64,000 nt of DNA from an uncultured Actinomycetota bacterium (lineage in GTDB: Bacteria > Actinomycetota > Actinomycetes > Mycobacteriales > Mycobacteriaceae), in assembly GCA_963763005.1 (NCBI GenBank), contig CAVXMI010000007.1:5009-69008 (forward strand), in the 5' to 3' direction. The notes beneath the pieces were generated by a model. It was given only the letters and a program-made list of their open reading frames with translations, searched no databases and was not told the DNA's origin. A program made the translations under genes and the position numbers. Shown one piece after another: positions 50,871 through 60,642 of the stretch (the first letter of the stretch is position 1; every line of letters starts with the position of its first letter).

Positions 50871-51071
50871 CTAGTGCGCATTGAACTCGACTCCGGTTGT
50901 CATGTGGGCTTCCTTGGGGTTGAAGTCGACCTTCTCGCGGACGCCGCAGTCCGGGCAGCGCCAGTCGTCATCGACATCGTCCCAGCTGGTGCCGGCCGGA
51001 TATCCCTCGCGCGGTGCACCGGCGGCTTCGTCGTAGACGTAGTCACAGATCGGACACTGATAGGCGGCCAT
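50871..51071 (-). CDS. rubA: Rubredoxin, AlkG1/RubA type
   Basis: YQCPICDYVYDE...WRCPDCGVREKVDF; the CPDCGVREK spacing marks the AlkG1 type. Confidence 0.9.
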   Translation of the reverse strand: MAAYQCPICDYVYDEAAGAPREGYPAGTSWDDVDDDWRCPDCGVREKVDFNPKEAHMTTGVEFNAH

Positions 51072-52291
51072 CACCGGGCTCCGTACCGAGCGAGGATCTT
51101 GTCGCGCTTGCGCGGGTCGATGTTGACGGCAGTGATGTCGCCGCGATAGTGCTCGATCACGCGGTGGTCCATCAACTTTCGCCACGCCGGCGGGAAGTAG
51201 GTCACGCCGATCAGGCTGGCGTATCCACTGGGCAGATTGGGGGCGCCGTCCATGCTGCGCAGTGTCTGGTAGCGCCGCACGGGGTTGGCGTGATGGTCAC
51301 TGTGCCGCTGCAGGTGGTACAGGAAGATGTTGGTGACAATGTGGTCGGAGTTCCAGCTGTGCGCCGGCGCGCACCGTTCGTAACGCCCGGACGCCGTCTT
51401 CTGCCGCAGCAGACCGTAGTGCTCGAGGTAGTTCACCGACTCCAACAGCGACGCGCCGTAGAAGGCCTGGATGAGCAGGAACGGCAGTACCTGCCACCCG
51501 AAAACGGCGGTCAGCGCTCCGAACAGGACGAGCGACATCAGCCATGCGTTGAGCACGTCGTTGTGAATGCTCCAGGTGGATTTCCCGATGCGGTTCATCC
51601 GAGTCTTTTCCAGCTCCCACGACGACGTGAGCGAACCGAACATGCTGCGCGGCAGGAACATCCAGAAGCTTTCACCGAACCGTGAACTGGCCGGGTCCTC
51701 CGGCGTGGAGACGCGAACATGGTGGCCGCGGTTGTGCTCGATGTAGAAGTGCCCGTAAAGCGTCTGGGCCAAGGTGATTTTGGAGAGCCAACGCTCCAGG
51801 TTCTCGCGCTTGTGCCCCATTTCGTGGGCGGTGTTGATACCTATCCCGCCAACGATGCCGATGGTTGCCAACACGCCGATCTTCGAGATCAGGCCTAGAC
51901 CGCCGCTGATCCCGAGCCAGCTCAGATCGCCGGCCGTCCAGAGATAGCACGCCACGACCAGGCTGATCAGCTGGAAGGGAATGACGGCGTAGGTGCAGTA
52001 CCGGTAGTACTTGTCATTCTCGAGGTGCTCGATCACCTCGTCCGGCGGGTTCTGCTCATCGGAGCCGAAGAACGCATCCAGGATCGGCAGCAGGCCGTAG
52101 AGCAGGATCGGCCCGATCCACCACACCACCGGCGTCGCTGCGGTCCAGCCGAGCCGGCCGAACACCCACGCCATGCCGACGGCCACCAGCAATGACGTCG
52201 GGAGAATCAGGCCGAACAGCCACATGTATCGCTTTCGGTCGCGCCATCGCGCGACGCCGATTCCAGATTGTGTCTCTGCAATGGTCGCCAT
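51071..52291 (-). CDS. alkB: Alkane 1-monooxygenase
   Basis: His boxes HEMGH, EHNRGHH, NYLEHYG and LQRHSDHHA. Confidence 0.97.
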   Translation of the reverse strand: MATIAETQSGIGVARWRDRKRYMWLFGLILPTSLLVAVGMAWVFGRLGWTAATPVVWWIGPILLYGLLPILDAFFGSDEQNPPDEVIEHLENDKYYRYCTYAVIPFQLISLVVACYLWTAGDLSWLGISGGLGLISKIGVLATIGIVGGIGINTAHEMGHKRENLERWLSKITLAQTLYGHFYIEHNRGHHVRVSTPEDPASSRFGESFWMFLPRSMFGSLTSSWELEKTRMNRIGKSTWSIHNDVLNAWLMSLVLFGALTAVFGWQVLPFLLIQAFYGASLLESVNYLEHYGLLRQKTASGRYERCAPAHSWNSDHIVTNIFLYHLQRHSDHHANPVRRYQTLRSMDGAPNLPSGYASLIGVTYFPPAWRKLMDHRVIEHYRGDITAVNIDPRKRDKILARYGAR

Positions 52292-52373
52292 TGCGGCCCT
52301 CCTCACCTGTTCACCGCCCAGATCCGGGTGGTGTCTTCCGCACACCGACAGTCGGTCGTGCTGCTTGTCCGGA

Positions 52374-52426
52374 TGAACATATCAGATTATTTGTTCAACT
52401 GATAGATATATTTACTTATTTGTTCA
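52374..52426. promoter_or_regulatory. Repeat-structured AT-rich site between alkB and tenA
   Basis: TGAACA-N12-TGTTCA IR (52374-52397) and direct repeat TTATTTGTTCA at 52387 and 52416. Confidence 0.55.
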
Positions 52427-52466
52427 CACGTGAGTGCGCTGACTACCGAGCCCTAGGCTTAAGTTC

Positions 52467-53102
52467 GTGGCCGCGCTTTCCCAGTTGTTCTGGCATCAGA
52501 ACCGAGCCCTGGCCGAGGCGGCGCTGCACCACAGGTTCATCCAGGGCATCGCGTCGGGCCGGTTGGCCCGCGCCACGTTCGCCTACTACGTGGGACAAGA
52601 CGCCGTCTTCCTCGACGCGTTCTGCCGTGCCTACGCCTTGGCTGTAGCGAAGAGCCCGGACCAAGACGGGCTGATGGTGTTCAGGGAGCTACTCGATGCA
52701 ACCACCGACGAGCTCCGCCTTCACCGGGGCTACGCGGCCCGCTGGGATGTCGGCCTTCACCAAGCGCCAGACGCCGCCACCTCGGCGTATACCAACTTCT
52801 TGTTGGCGGTCGCTGAGCATGAGCCGGTTGGTCACATCGCGGCGGCGATGACGCCGTGCATGCGGCTCTACGCCTACCTCGGTCAGCAATTGGCCGCTCG
52901 GACAAAGCCCGAGAGTCCATATCGCGAGTGGGTGATGACGTACTCAAGCCCGGAGTTCGAGGCCCTGGCAAGACGTCTCGAGGGTCTACTCGACCGATAC
53001 GACGGTGATCACGACCGCCTGGCCAGCCTGTATCACCAGGCGATGGCACTCGAATTACGGTTCTTCGACGCTGCCGCTATTGCCGTTCCATTGCGACGGT
53101 GA
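52467..53102 (+). CDS. tenA: TenA/thiaminase II family protein
   Basis: YVGQDAVFLDAF, AMTPCMRLY (catalytic Cys), WVMTYSSPEF and ELRFFD. Confidence 0.85.
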   Translation: MAALSQLFWHQNRALAEAALHHRFIQGIASGRLARATFAYYVGQDAVFLDAFCRAYALAVAKSPDQDGLMVFRELLDATTDELRLHRGYAARWDVGLHQAPDAATSAYTNFLLAVAEHEPVGHIAAAMTPCMRLYAYLGQQLAARTKPESPYREWVMTYSSPEFEALARRLEGLLDRYDGDHDRLASLYHQAMALELRFFDAAAIAVPLRR

Positions 53103-53206
53103 GCCGGTCCTCGGGTTTGATGAGGTGATCGTGGCTGTCATCGCCGATGTCGAACTGCACCCAATCCCACTAGGCCGTCTGACTCATCCAAAACAGCCCG
53201 CTACGC

Positions 53207-54296
53207 TCACACCACTGCCGGTTTCGAGGGGATTAACCGCGCGCGGGGGGTTTTCGTCGGGGTACCCGGCTTGACCGCGATCGCTGCCATTGCCCGCTCG
53301 GCCATCGCCGCGATCGTCAGGCTCGGATTCACACCGGGATTGGCCGGGATGACCGCACCGTCGCAGACAAAGAGGTTCTGGTAGCCGAACACTCGATGAT
53401 CGCGGTCGACAACGCCGTGCTCGGGAGTATCGGCCGCTACCGCACCGCCCAGGATGTGTGCCGTGATCGGCATGTTGAACAGCGCTTCGGTCAGCCAACT
53501 CTGCGCCGTCCCGCCGGTCCGGTCGGCGAGCCGGCGGGCGAAGTCGTTGGCAACCGGCAGGAAGGTCGGCGTCGGGTGGTCCGGATCCTGGCGTGTGGTG
53601 AGCCGCAGCCGCCGGCCGAGGATGCGCCGCTTGGGCACCAGCGACAGCGATGTGTCGGTGCTCTGCATGACGCCGGTGATCAGCGAGCGTTGTGACCAGC
53701 CGCGCGGATCGGTCACGCGGACAAAGCTAATAGGGTGCGCCACGATCTGGGCGAGCAGCTTGAGCGGCCTGGTGAGTCTCGTTCCGTCGCCTGTGAGCAA
53801 GGTGAACATCAGGCCCATCGCGTTGCCGCCCGGGCCATACGTGACGGCTTCGACATGGCTGTCCGTGGTGGGATGCATGCTCGAGGTGATCGAAACGCTG
53901 CGACCCCATCCTCGGTCGTCCGGCGCGGTCACCGCGGTCATCGCCTCGCTGTTGGTGCGGACCAACTGACCGAGCCGGTCCGAGATTCGCGGCAGGGCGC
54001 CGTCGCTCTTGCATTGCGCGAGAAGGTGGTTGGTTCCCAGGGCACCGGCAGCCACGACGACACCACGTGCCGTCTGCGTGCGGCGGTCCTTGCGAAGCCA
54101 GGAGCCGGTGCGTTCGCTGGTCACGGCGTACCCGTCGGAACCATCGGCGGCCCCCAGCGGCCGGATGGAAGAGACAGTGCGTTCGGGATCGATGCGCACA
54201 CCGAGGCGCTCGGCGAACCAGAGGTAGTTCTTCGGCAGCGTGTTCTTGGCGTTGTTGCGGCATCCCAACAGGCACAACCCGCATTCGATGCACTCG
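53207..54296 (-). pseudogene. choD: GMC oxidoreductase (ChoD-like), N-terminal half missing
   Basis: CIECGLCLLGCRNNAKNTL, VAAGALGT, TAHILGG and DGAVIPANPGVNPSLTI present; no N-terminal GxGxxG FAD motif. Confidence 0.8.
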
Positions 54297-54301
54297 ACGC
54301 C

Positions 54302-54814
54302 GGGCAGGAGCCCGGTCAGTTGATGATTGCGGGCGAGTCAGCCGGCGCCAACGCTGTCCTGGTCACTTTGCAGCGGGCCCGCGACGCCTGCCGCCCGATG
54401 CCTGCGGGCGCGATCATGATGAGCGGTGGCTTCGATTTCTCCTGGGCCAGCCCGTCGATCACCATCAATGCCCGCCGCGACACCGCAGTGGGGGAGCGTG
54501 GACTGGCATTCCTGCAGCGTTGGTATCGACCGGATGTCGACGCGACGGACCCCCTGATTTCCCCGGTCTTCGGTGACTTCGCAGGCCTGCCGCCGCTGCT
54601 TTTCCAGACCGGGCACACCGAGGTGTTGCGCGACGACTCGGTGCGGGCGACCGAGCGTGCGCGAGCGGCCGGTGTGCCGGTATGGCTCGAGGTCTTCCCA
54701 CTGGTCCCGCATGCCTGGCATCAGCTCGGGACGTGGCTTCCCGAGACGCGCGCGGCGCTGCGGCAAATCGGGCAGTTCGCCGACGCCATCCACCAACCGA
54801 GGAGCATCTCGTGA
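54302..54814 (+). pseudogene. HSL-family esterase, N-terminal half missing
   Basis: IAGESAGA, DPLISP, LPPLLFQTG..EVLRDD and HAW present; HGGG region and start absent. Confidence 0.78.
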
Positions 54815-56385
54815 GTATCGATCAACTGTCGCCCCCGGGCACCGAGGTAGTAGAGGTGCGTAACCCCGCGACGGGTGAGCTCGTCGGAAGCGTTGCCGTG
54901 AAATCTGCCGATGCGGTCGCCGCGGTCGTGGACGAACTGCGCACCCAACAGCCGTCCTGGGAGGCGTTGGGGCCCGAGGCCCGCGCAGCCTGGTTGCGAA
55001 AGCTGCGGAACTGGTTGCTGGACAACGAGTCCCGGCTCATCGACATACTGGCCGCCGAGACCGGTAAGCCTCGAGTCGAGGCCGCGTTCGAAGTCATGGT
55101 CACCTGCGACGTGATCAACTACTACGCCGACCGGGCACCGAAGTTCCTCGCCGAAAAGAAGTTCAGACCGCACGGTCCGCTCACCGCCACCAAAAAGCTC
55201 ACCAGGGTGTACCGCCCTTACCCGGTCGTTGGCGTGATCACGCCGTGGAACTTTCCGTTACTCATTCCCGGTGTCGACGCCGTTGCGGCGCTACTGGCCG
55301 GGGCAGCCGTCCTCGTGAAGCCCTCGGAGGTCACTCCGCTGTCCGCCTGCGAACTCGCCCGCGGCTGGGAACAGATCGGGGCACCGCCGGTGCTCGGGTG
55401 TGTCACCGGTCTGGGCGCAACGGGCGCAGCGGTGGTGGACTCCGTGGACATGGTGCAGTTTACCGGCTCCACCAGGACCGGACGGGCCATTGCCGCGCGG
55501 GCGGGCGAACGATTGATTCCCTGCGGCGTCGAACTGGGCGGCAAGGACCCGGCCATCGTCCTGGCCGACGCCGATCTTTCGCGCGCCGCCAACGGCATTG
55601 CGTGGGGGGCGCTGTTCAACTCGGGTCAGGCCTGCATCTCGGTGGAGCGAGTGTACGTCGAGGCACCGGCCTATGACCGGTTTGTCGCGCTGCTCACCGG
55701 GCGGGTGCGGTCGATCAGGCAGGGCGTCGACAAAGGTTCGTACTCGGCGGATGTCGGCGCTTTGGTCACCGAGCAGCAGGTCGAGATCGTGCGCAGCCAT
55801 GTCCGGGATGCCGTCGCCAACGGGGCCACGATCGCGACCGGCGGAAAGGCGACCGGGGGATTCTTCGAGCCCACGATTCTTCTCGACGTCGATCATTCGA
55901 TGGCCTGCATGCGCGACGAGACTTTCGGCCCGACGATCCCGGTGATGAAGGTCGCCGACGAAGAAGAGGCGATCCGGTTGGCAAACGACTCCCAGTACGG
56001 GCTGTCGGCAACGGTGTGGACCAAAGACATCGATCGCGGACGCGACATCGCGCGCCGGCTCGAGGTCGGCGCTGTGAACATCAACGACGCCTACTCGAAC
56101 CTGTTCTGTTTCCCCCTGCCACATGGCGGCTGGAAAAGCTCCGGCCTCGGGTCCCGGATGGGCGGCCCGCAGGGTATCCGCAAGTACTGCCGTCAGCAGG
56201 CCATCACTACACCACGCGTGCCGCGGGTGGAGAACCAATTGCTTTGGTACCCCTATTCGCATCGGCGAGGCCGCACCGTTGCCGCGTTGCTGCGCCTGTT
56301 CGTGGCCCGCGACGTCCGGCGGCGATTACGGCGGGCCGGTGGCCGAAACCACGGTCACTCGTCGGTTGTCTCCGGGCCGAAGTAG
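54811..56385 (+). CDS. Aldehyde dehydrogenase
   Basis: ITPWNFP, KPSE, FTGS, ELGGKD, GQACISVER and ETFGP motifs. Confidence 0.95.
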   Translation: MSIDQLSPPGTEVVEVRNPATGELVGSVAVKSADAVAAVVDELRTQQPSWEALGPEARAAWLRKLRNWLLDNESRLIDILAAETGKPRVEAAFEVMVTCDVINYYADRAPKFLAEKKFRPHGPLTATKKLTRVYRPYPVVGVITPWNFPLLIPGVDAVAALLAGAAVLVKPSEVTPLSACELARGWEQIGAPPVLGCVTGLGATGAAVVDSVDMVQFTGSTRTGRAIAARAGERLIPCGVELGGKDPAIVLADADLSRAANGIAWGALFNSGQACISVERVYVEAPAYDRFVALLTGRVRSIRQGVDKGSYSADVGALVTEQQVEIVRSHVRDAVANGATIATGGKATGGFFEPTILLDVDHSMACMRDETFGPTIPVMKVADEEEAIRLANDSQYGLSATVWTKDIDRGRDIARRLEVGAVNINDAYSNLFCFPLPHGGWKSSGLGSRMGGPQGIRKYCRQQAITTPRVPRVENQLLWYPYSHRRGRTVAALLRLFVARDVRRRLRRAGGRNHGHSSVVSGPK

Positions 56386-57041
56386 AGGTTGGGAATCCGC
56401 CGCCACGCTTCGAGCAGGCGCTTCTCCTCGGTGCTGCCATGGCCCGGTTTGCTGGCCGCAGCTCCCAGCATCGAATTGATCACCACGATGCAGAATTCGG
56501 GGAATCGTTTGTGGCCGGCGCGCTGCTCGCCGAGCAGCGCCTTGCACAGGTCGAGATTCGCGCGCGCGAACTCGCGTTCCAGGGGTTTGAGGTAGTCGCG
56601 CATGTCGGGATCGTGTCGGGCAGCAATGAGCAGCTCAAGGGAGGCTCCACCCAAGGGGCCCGAGACGACCTGCCAGAGCAGCGAAGCCCAGTCCTCGCCG
56701 TCGAGCGCCTCGGCTGCACGCAGCCGCACCTCACCGACCTTGGTGGCATACAAATGGCGTGCCGCCGCGCTGATGAGTTCGCCCCTGGAGCCGAAATAAT
56801 GCAGCAGGACCCCGCGAGAGACGCCGGCTTGCTTTTGGACCTCGAGCGTGGTGGTTGCCGCGTAGCCGCGCTCGATCAGGATCGAAACCGTGGCGTCAAG
56901 CAGCTTCCGTTCCGCGGCCTGACGACGCTCGCGCTGACTGATCCGGACGGGCGGGGTAGCGGTCGAACTCCTTGCAGCCAAGGTGAACTCCTCAAGTTGT
57001 GCGGCAAATTGACACAGTACCGAAAATAGCGCTACCTTCAA
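56355..57041 (-). CDS. TetR-family regulator (exact start uncertain)
   Basis: GYAATTTLEVQKQAGVSRGVLLHYFGSR HTH. Confidence 0.88.
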   Translation of the reverse strand: MKVALFSVLCQFAAQLEEFTLAARSSTATPPVRISQRERRQAAERKLLDATVSILIERGYAATTTLEVQKQAGVSRGVLLHYFGSRGELISAAARHLYATKVGEVRLRAAEALDGEDWASLLWQVVSGPLGGASLELLIAARHDPDMRDYLKPLEREFARANLDLCKALLGEQRAGHKRFPEFCIVVINSMLGAAASKPGHGSTEEKRLLEAWRRIPNLYFGPETTDE

Positions 57042-57068
57042 TACTAGTCAATATTGACTACTATTGAA
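57037..57068. promoter_or_regulatory. 32-bp near-perfect palindrome (TetR operator candidate)
   Basis: TTCAATAC-TAGTCAATATTGACTA-CTATTGAA; the 16-bp core is a perfect palindrome, between divergent tetR and CoA-transferase genes. Confidence 0.85.
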
Positions 57069-57088
57069 AGCGCTGAGCGGAGACGGAC

Positions 57089-58186
57089 ATGACGACTGGC
57101 CCTTTGTCCGGTGTGAAGGTTCTCGAAATAGCCGGAATCGGACCGGGGCCCTTCTGCGGAATGCTGCTAGCGGATCTGGGCGCCGATGTGGTGCGTGTCG
57201 ATCGGCCGGGTGGCGGTGGCATGCAACTACTGCCTTGGGCCGACGACCTGCTCAACCGCGGAAAGCGCTCGATTGCCGTCGATCTCGCGAAATCCGACGG
57301 CGCCCAGACGGTGCTGTCACTGGTAGAGCATGCCGACATCCTGTTCGAGGGATTCCGTCCCGGGGTGGCAGAACGTCTCGGGATCGGACCCGAACCATGC
57401 CTGCTGCGCCGACCTCAGTTGATCTATGGACGCATGACCGGATGGGGTCAGGACGGCCCGATCGCGCATACCGCTGGACACGACATCACCTACATCGCAC
57501 CGACCGGAGCGCTGCACGCGATCGGGCAAGCCGGTGGCCCCCCGCAGATCCCGCTCAACCTCGTCGGCGACTTCGCCGGCGGAAGTTTATACCTGCTGGT
57601 GGGAATGCTGGCCGCCCTCGACGAGGCCCGACGAAGCGGCCGCGGCCAGGTGGTCGACGCGGCGATCGTCGATGGCACCGCCCATCTGATGACCATGATC
57701 TACAGCTGCTATGCGGGGGGAATCTGGTCCGATGAACGCGGCACCAACCTGGGCGATGGCGGCTCTCCGTTCTACGGCGTCTATCAGACCTCGGATGCAA
57801 AGTTCATGGCCGTCGGGGCGCTCGAACCGCAGTTCTACGCCGAGTTCCTGCGTCTGCTCGAACTCCCGTCTGATCCCGCTGCGCAGTTCGACCGACGCGC
57901 GTGGCCGCAGCTGCGAGCCAAGATCAGCGCCGCCTTCGCCGCCCGCCCCCAGCAGGAATGGGCAAAGATATTCAGCGACAGCGATGCCTGCGTGGCACCC
58001 GTCCTCGGCATGTCCGATGCGCCGGGCCATCCGCAATTGGCGGCCCGCAACACCTTTTTCGTCGGCGACGGCATCACCCAGCCATCCCCGGCCCCCCGGT
58101 TTTCCCGAACTCCGGCATTCGTCGACAGCCCACCTTGTGTCCCAGGCCAGCACACCGACGCGGTGCTCGCTGACTGGCTGAACTGA
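57089..58186 (+). CDS. CaiB/BaiF CoA-transferase / alpha-methylacyl-CoA racemase family
   Basis: GIGPGPFCGMLLADLGADV, EGFRPGVAERLG, GHDITY and NLVGDFAGG motifs. Confidence 0.93.
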   Translation: MTTGPLSGVKVLEIAGIGPGPFCGMLLADLGADVVRVDRPGGGGMQLLPWADDLLNRGKRSIAVDLAKSDGAQTVLSLVEHADILFEGFRPGVAERLGIGPEPCLLRRPQLIYGRMTGWGQDGPIAHTAGHDITYIAPTGALHAIGQAGGPPQIPLNLVGDFAGGSLYLLVGMLAALDEARRSGRGQVVDAAIVDGTAHLMTMIYSCYAGGIWSDERGTNLGDGGSPFYGVYQTSDAKFMAVGALEPQFYAEFLRLLELPSDPAAQFDRRAWPQLRAKISAAFAARPQQEWAKIFSDSDACVAPVLGMSDAPGHPQLAARNTFFVGDGITQPSPAPRFSRTPAFVDSPPCVPGQHTDAVLADWLN

Positions 58187-58352
58187 GCATTGACAGGGTA
58201 GCGGTCCTCTCCATGAGTCAAAACAGTCAAATATGACTATTTCTGAATCCGGGCATCTCAATGGAGCTCGGCGCAACAAGGACCCAGCGTGAGTTCCCCG
58301 AGTGGATTAAACGTCACTCCGGCAGACTAAGCCGCGGCGGCTGCGTACTGAC

Positions 58353-59456
58353 TCACCCGGTGACAAACGCGTGTTTCGGGATGGTCAACGGCAAGTCCAC
58401 CGAGCTCAACAGTCCGGGTTCTGCGGCAACGACATACGGCACGGCGTTGACGACGCGCATCGCGGTGGCGACCATCGCGCCTGCTCCCGAGCCCATTCCC
58501 GCGATTCCTGCCTTGCGGGCATCCTTGAGTGTTGCCACCATGGTGCAGTCGATGTCGGGGTCGCCGGTGATCTTGACGCGGTAGGACAGATCGCCGATCC
58601 CGGTCGGCCAGTCGGGGGCGACGTCGTGCGCAAGCCGGGTGACGTGCTCGATGACGATCGCTTCTCGGCCGTCGACCACGCCGATTGCCTGCATTCGCAG
58701 CGCCCCGCACGTACCGGCCTCAACGGTGCCCATCGCGACGTCCAGGGTCCGATTGGTGACCGCGCGCTCGAAACTCTCACGGACTTCCTGGACTTCGACC
58801 CCGAGCGCGTCGGCGATCAACCGGATCTGCCCCTGCCATTCGCCGGCGATCGCACCGGGATAGCTGACCCAGGGCTGGTAGTCGAGCGGCTGACCGAAGC
58901 CCATGCCGTTGATCATGATCTCGGGAACCCCGTAGTCGTCGTAGAGGGCGATCTCGAGCGCATGGATCTTCTCGATCGTCGACGATTGCGTCGACAGCAC
59001 CAAGGGCAGGTAATCGGCGGCGAAGCCCGGCTCGATCCCCGACGCGTACAGCGACACCTGGCCCTGCTTGGAAGCAGCGAGCAATTGGTCGCGCCACTGG
59101 ATGGGTTGGTAGGCGTGCGGATTGACCAGACGGGTGGTGCTGGTCGTGACGACGTTGATTCCGGCTTCGAGCAGCTTGACGTAATCCGGGATGGCCAGCG
59201 CATCGCGTTCCGGGCCGCTGGCCGCGTAGATCACGCAGTCGGGTGCCAAGGCAATCAGCGCGTCCGCATCATTGGTGGCGGCAAGGCCGATCGGCTCGCC
59301 GTTGGCGAGTTCGCCGGCGTCCTTGCCGACCTTTTCGTCCGAGTGCACCCACACACCGACCAGCTCCAGATTGGGGCGTCGCTGGATGGCCCGGATGGCG
59401 ATGGACCCGATGCCACCCGTCGCCCACACCACCACGCGGTGGACACCGTCTGCCAT
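58353..59456 (-). CDS. DapB-like NAD(P)-dependent dehydrogenase (diaminopentanoate-dehydrogenase-like)
   Basis: VVWATGGIGS, KVGKDAGEL, SGIEPGF and TAMRVVNAVPYV motifs. Confidence 0.85.
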   Translation of the reverse strand: MADGVHRVVVWATGGIGSIAIRAIQRRPNLELVGVWVHSDEKVGKDAGELANGEPIGLAATNDADALIALAPDCVIYAASGPERDALAIPDYVKLLEAGINVVTTSTTRLVNPHAYQPIQWRDQLLAASKQGQVSLYASGIEPGFAADYLPLVLSTQSSTIEKIHALEIALYDDYGVPEIMINGMGFGQPLDYQPWVSYPGAIAGEWQGQIRLIADALGVEVQEVRESFERAVTNRTLDVAMGTVEAGTCGALRMQAIGVVDGREAIVIEHVTRLAHDVAPDWPTGIGDLSYRVKITGDPDIDCTMVATLKDARKAGIAGMGSGAGAMVATAMRVVNAVPYVVAAEPGLLSSVDLPLTIPKHAFVTG

Positions 59457-59647
59457 CTTGGTTCCTCCTCAGTTGCATTGTGCCCACTATGTTTACCGGC
59501 AGCGATTTCAACGCGGCAGCACTTCGCGGGAGGAATGGCCGCGTGACCGGATCCTACACCGGCAATCAGAACAAATATTAGGTTATTGTGCATAGACATG
59601 ACGACTTGTGGTGGCCACCGCGTCGTGCGGAAGCGGGCAATGCGCTG

Positions 59648-60625
59648 ATGTTCACACTGCGATTCGACATGCGCGCTCCCGGCTGGGCCGGGCCGGCCGC
59701 AGATCTGTACGCCGCGGCCACCGATATGTGCGCGTGGGCCGAGACCCGGGGCGCAGTATTGGCGGTGCTTTCCGAGCACCACGGCGCCGATGACGGCCAT
59801 CTGCCCGCGCCGCTGATGTTGGCCTCGGCGATCGCGGCCAGGACACACAATTTGGCGATACTGCTGGCCGCGGTGCCGATTCCGTTGTGGGACCCCGTCC
59901 GGCTCGCCGAAGAGATGACCGTGCTGGACCTGATCAGCAGGGGGCGAGTGTCCTATGCGTTCGGTATCGGACATCGCAGTCAGGAGTACGAGCACTTCGG
60001 CGCCGACATGGCCACGCGCGGCCGGGTAGCAGACGAAATCCTGGCCGTGCTGGGTCCGCTGGTGCGTGGTGAGTCGGTCGAATACCGGGGGCGCACCGTC
60101 CGTGTGACGCCGGCGTGCGGGTCACCCGGTGGGCCGATGATGCTGATTGCCGGCGGTAGCAAGGCCGCCGCGCGGCGTGCCGGCGTCCTCGGCCTCGGGT
60201 TCATCTCTCAGACCGCCTTGCCTGGCTTGAAGGAATTCTACGAAGCACAGTGCCGCGCCCACGGACATGAGCCCGGAATCATCCAGTTTCCCGCTTCAGG
60301 TTCTCCGACAGCGGTTTTCGTCGCCGACAACGTCGACGAGGCATGGGATGTGCTGGGGCCGCACCTGTTGCACGATGCGGTGACGGCGGCGTCATACCGG
60401 CCCCACGATGACTCGGTGGCAAGCATTACCCGTGCTGACGATGTGGCCGGGCTGCGTGCGGAGGGGGGCCCGTACCGCATTGTCACTTCCGACGAGGCGA
60501 CGGACTACGTGCGTAGCGGGCGACCGCTGCCGCTGCACCCGTTGTGTGGGGGCATTCCACCCGATGTTGCGTGGCCCTACCTAGAACGTGCCGCAGCCGC
60601 CGCCGCGCGGGCCCACGCCGAGTAA
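59648..60625 (+). CDS. LLM-class flavin-dependent oxidoreductase
   Basis: MFTLRFDMRAP, LSEHHGADDGHLPAP and PVRLAEE..VLDLISRGRV motifs. Confidence 0.88.
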   Translation: MFTLRFDMRAPGWAGPAADLYAAATDMCAWAETRGAVLAVLSEHHGADDGHLPAPLMLASAIAARTHNLAILLAAVPIPLWDPVRLAEEMTVLDLISRGRVSYAFGIGHRSQEYEHFGADMATRGRVADEILAVLGPLVRGESVEYRGRTVRVTPACGSPGGPMMLIAGGSKAAARRAGVLGLGFISQTALPGLKEFYEAQCRAHGHEPGIIQFPASGSPTAVFVADNVDEAWDVLGPHLLHDAVTAASYRPHDDSVASITRADDVAGLRAEGGPYRIVTSDEATDYVRSGRPLPLHPLCGGIPPDVAWPYLERAAAAAARAHAE

Positions 60626-60642
60626 GGAGAGCGCTGGTGTCG

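Noticed and set aside
52300-52466. TPP riboswitch upstream of tenA
   Set aside because: No GCTGAGA-type conserved core seen, and the region is AT-rich operator-like DNA.
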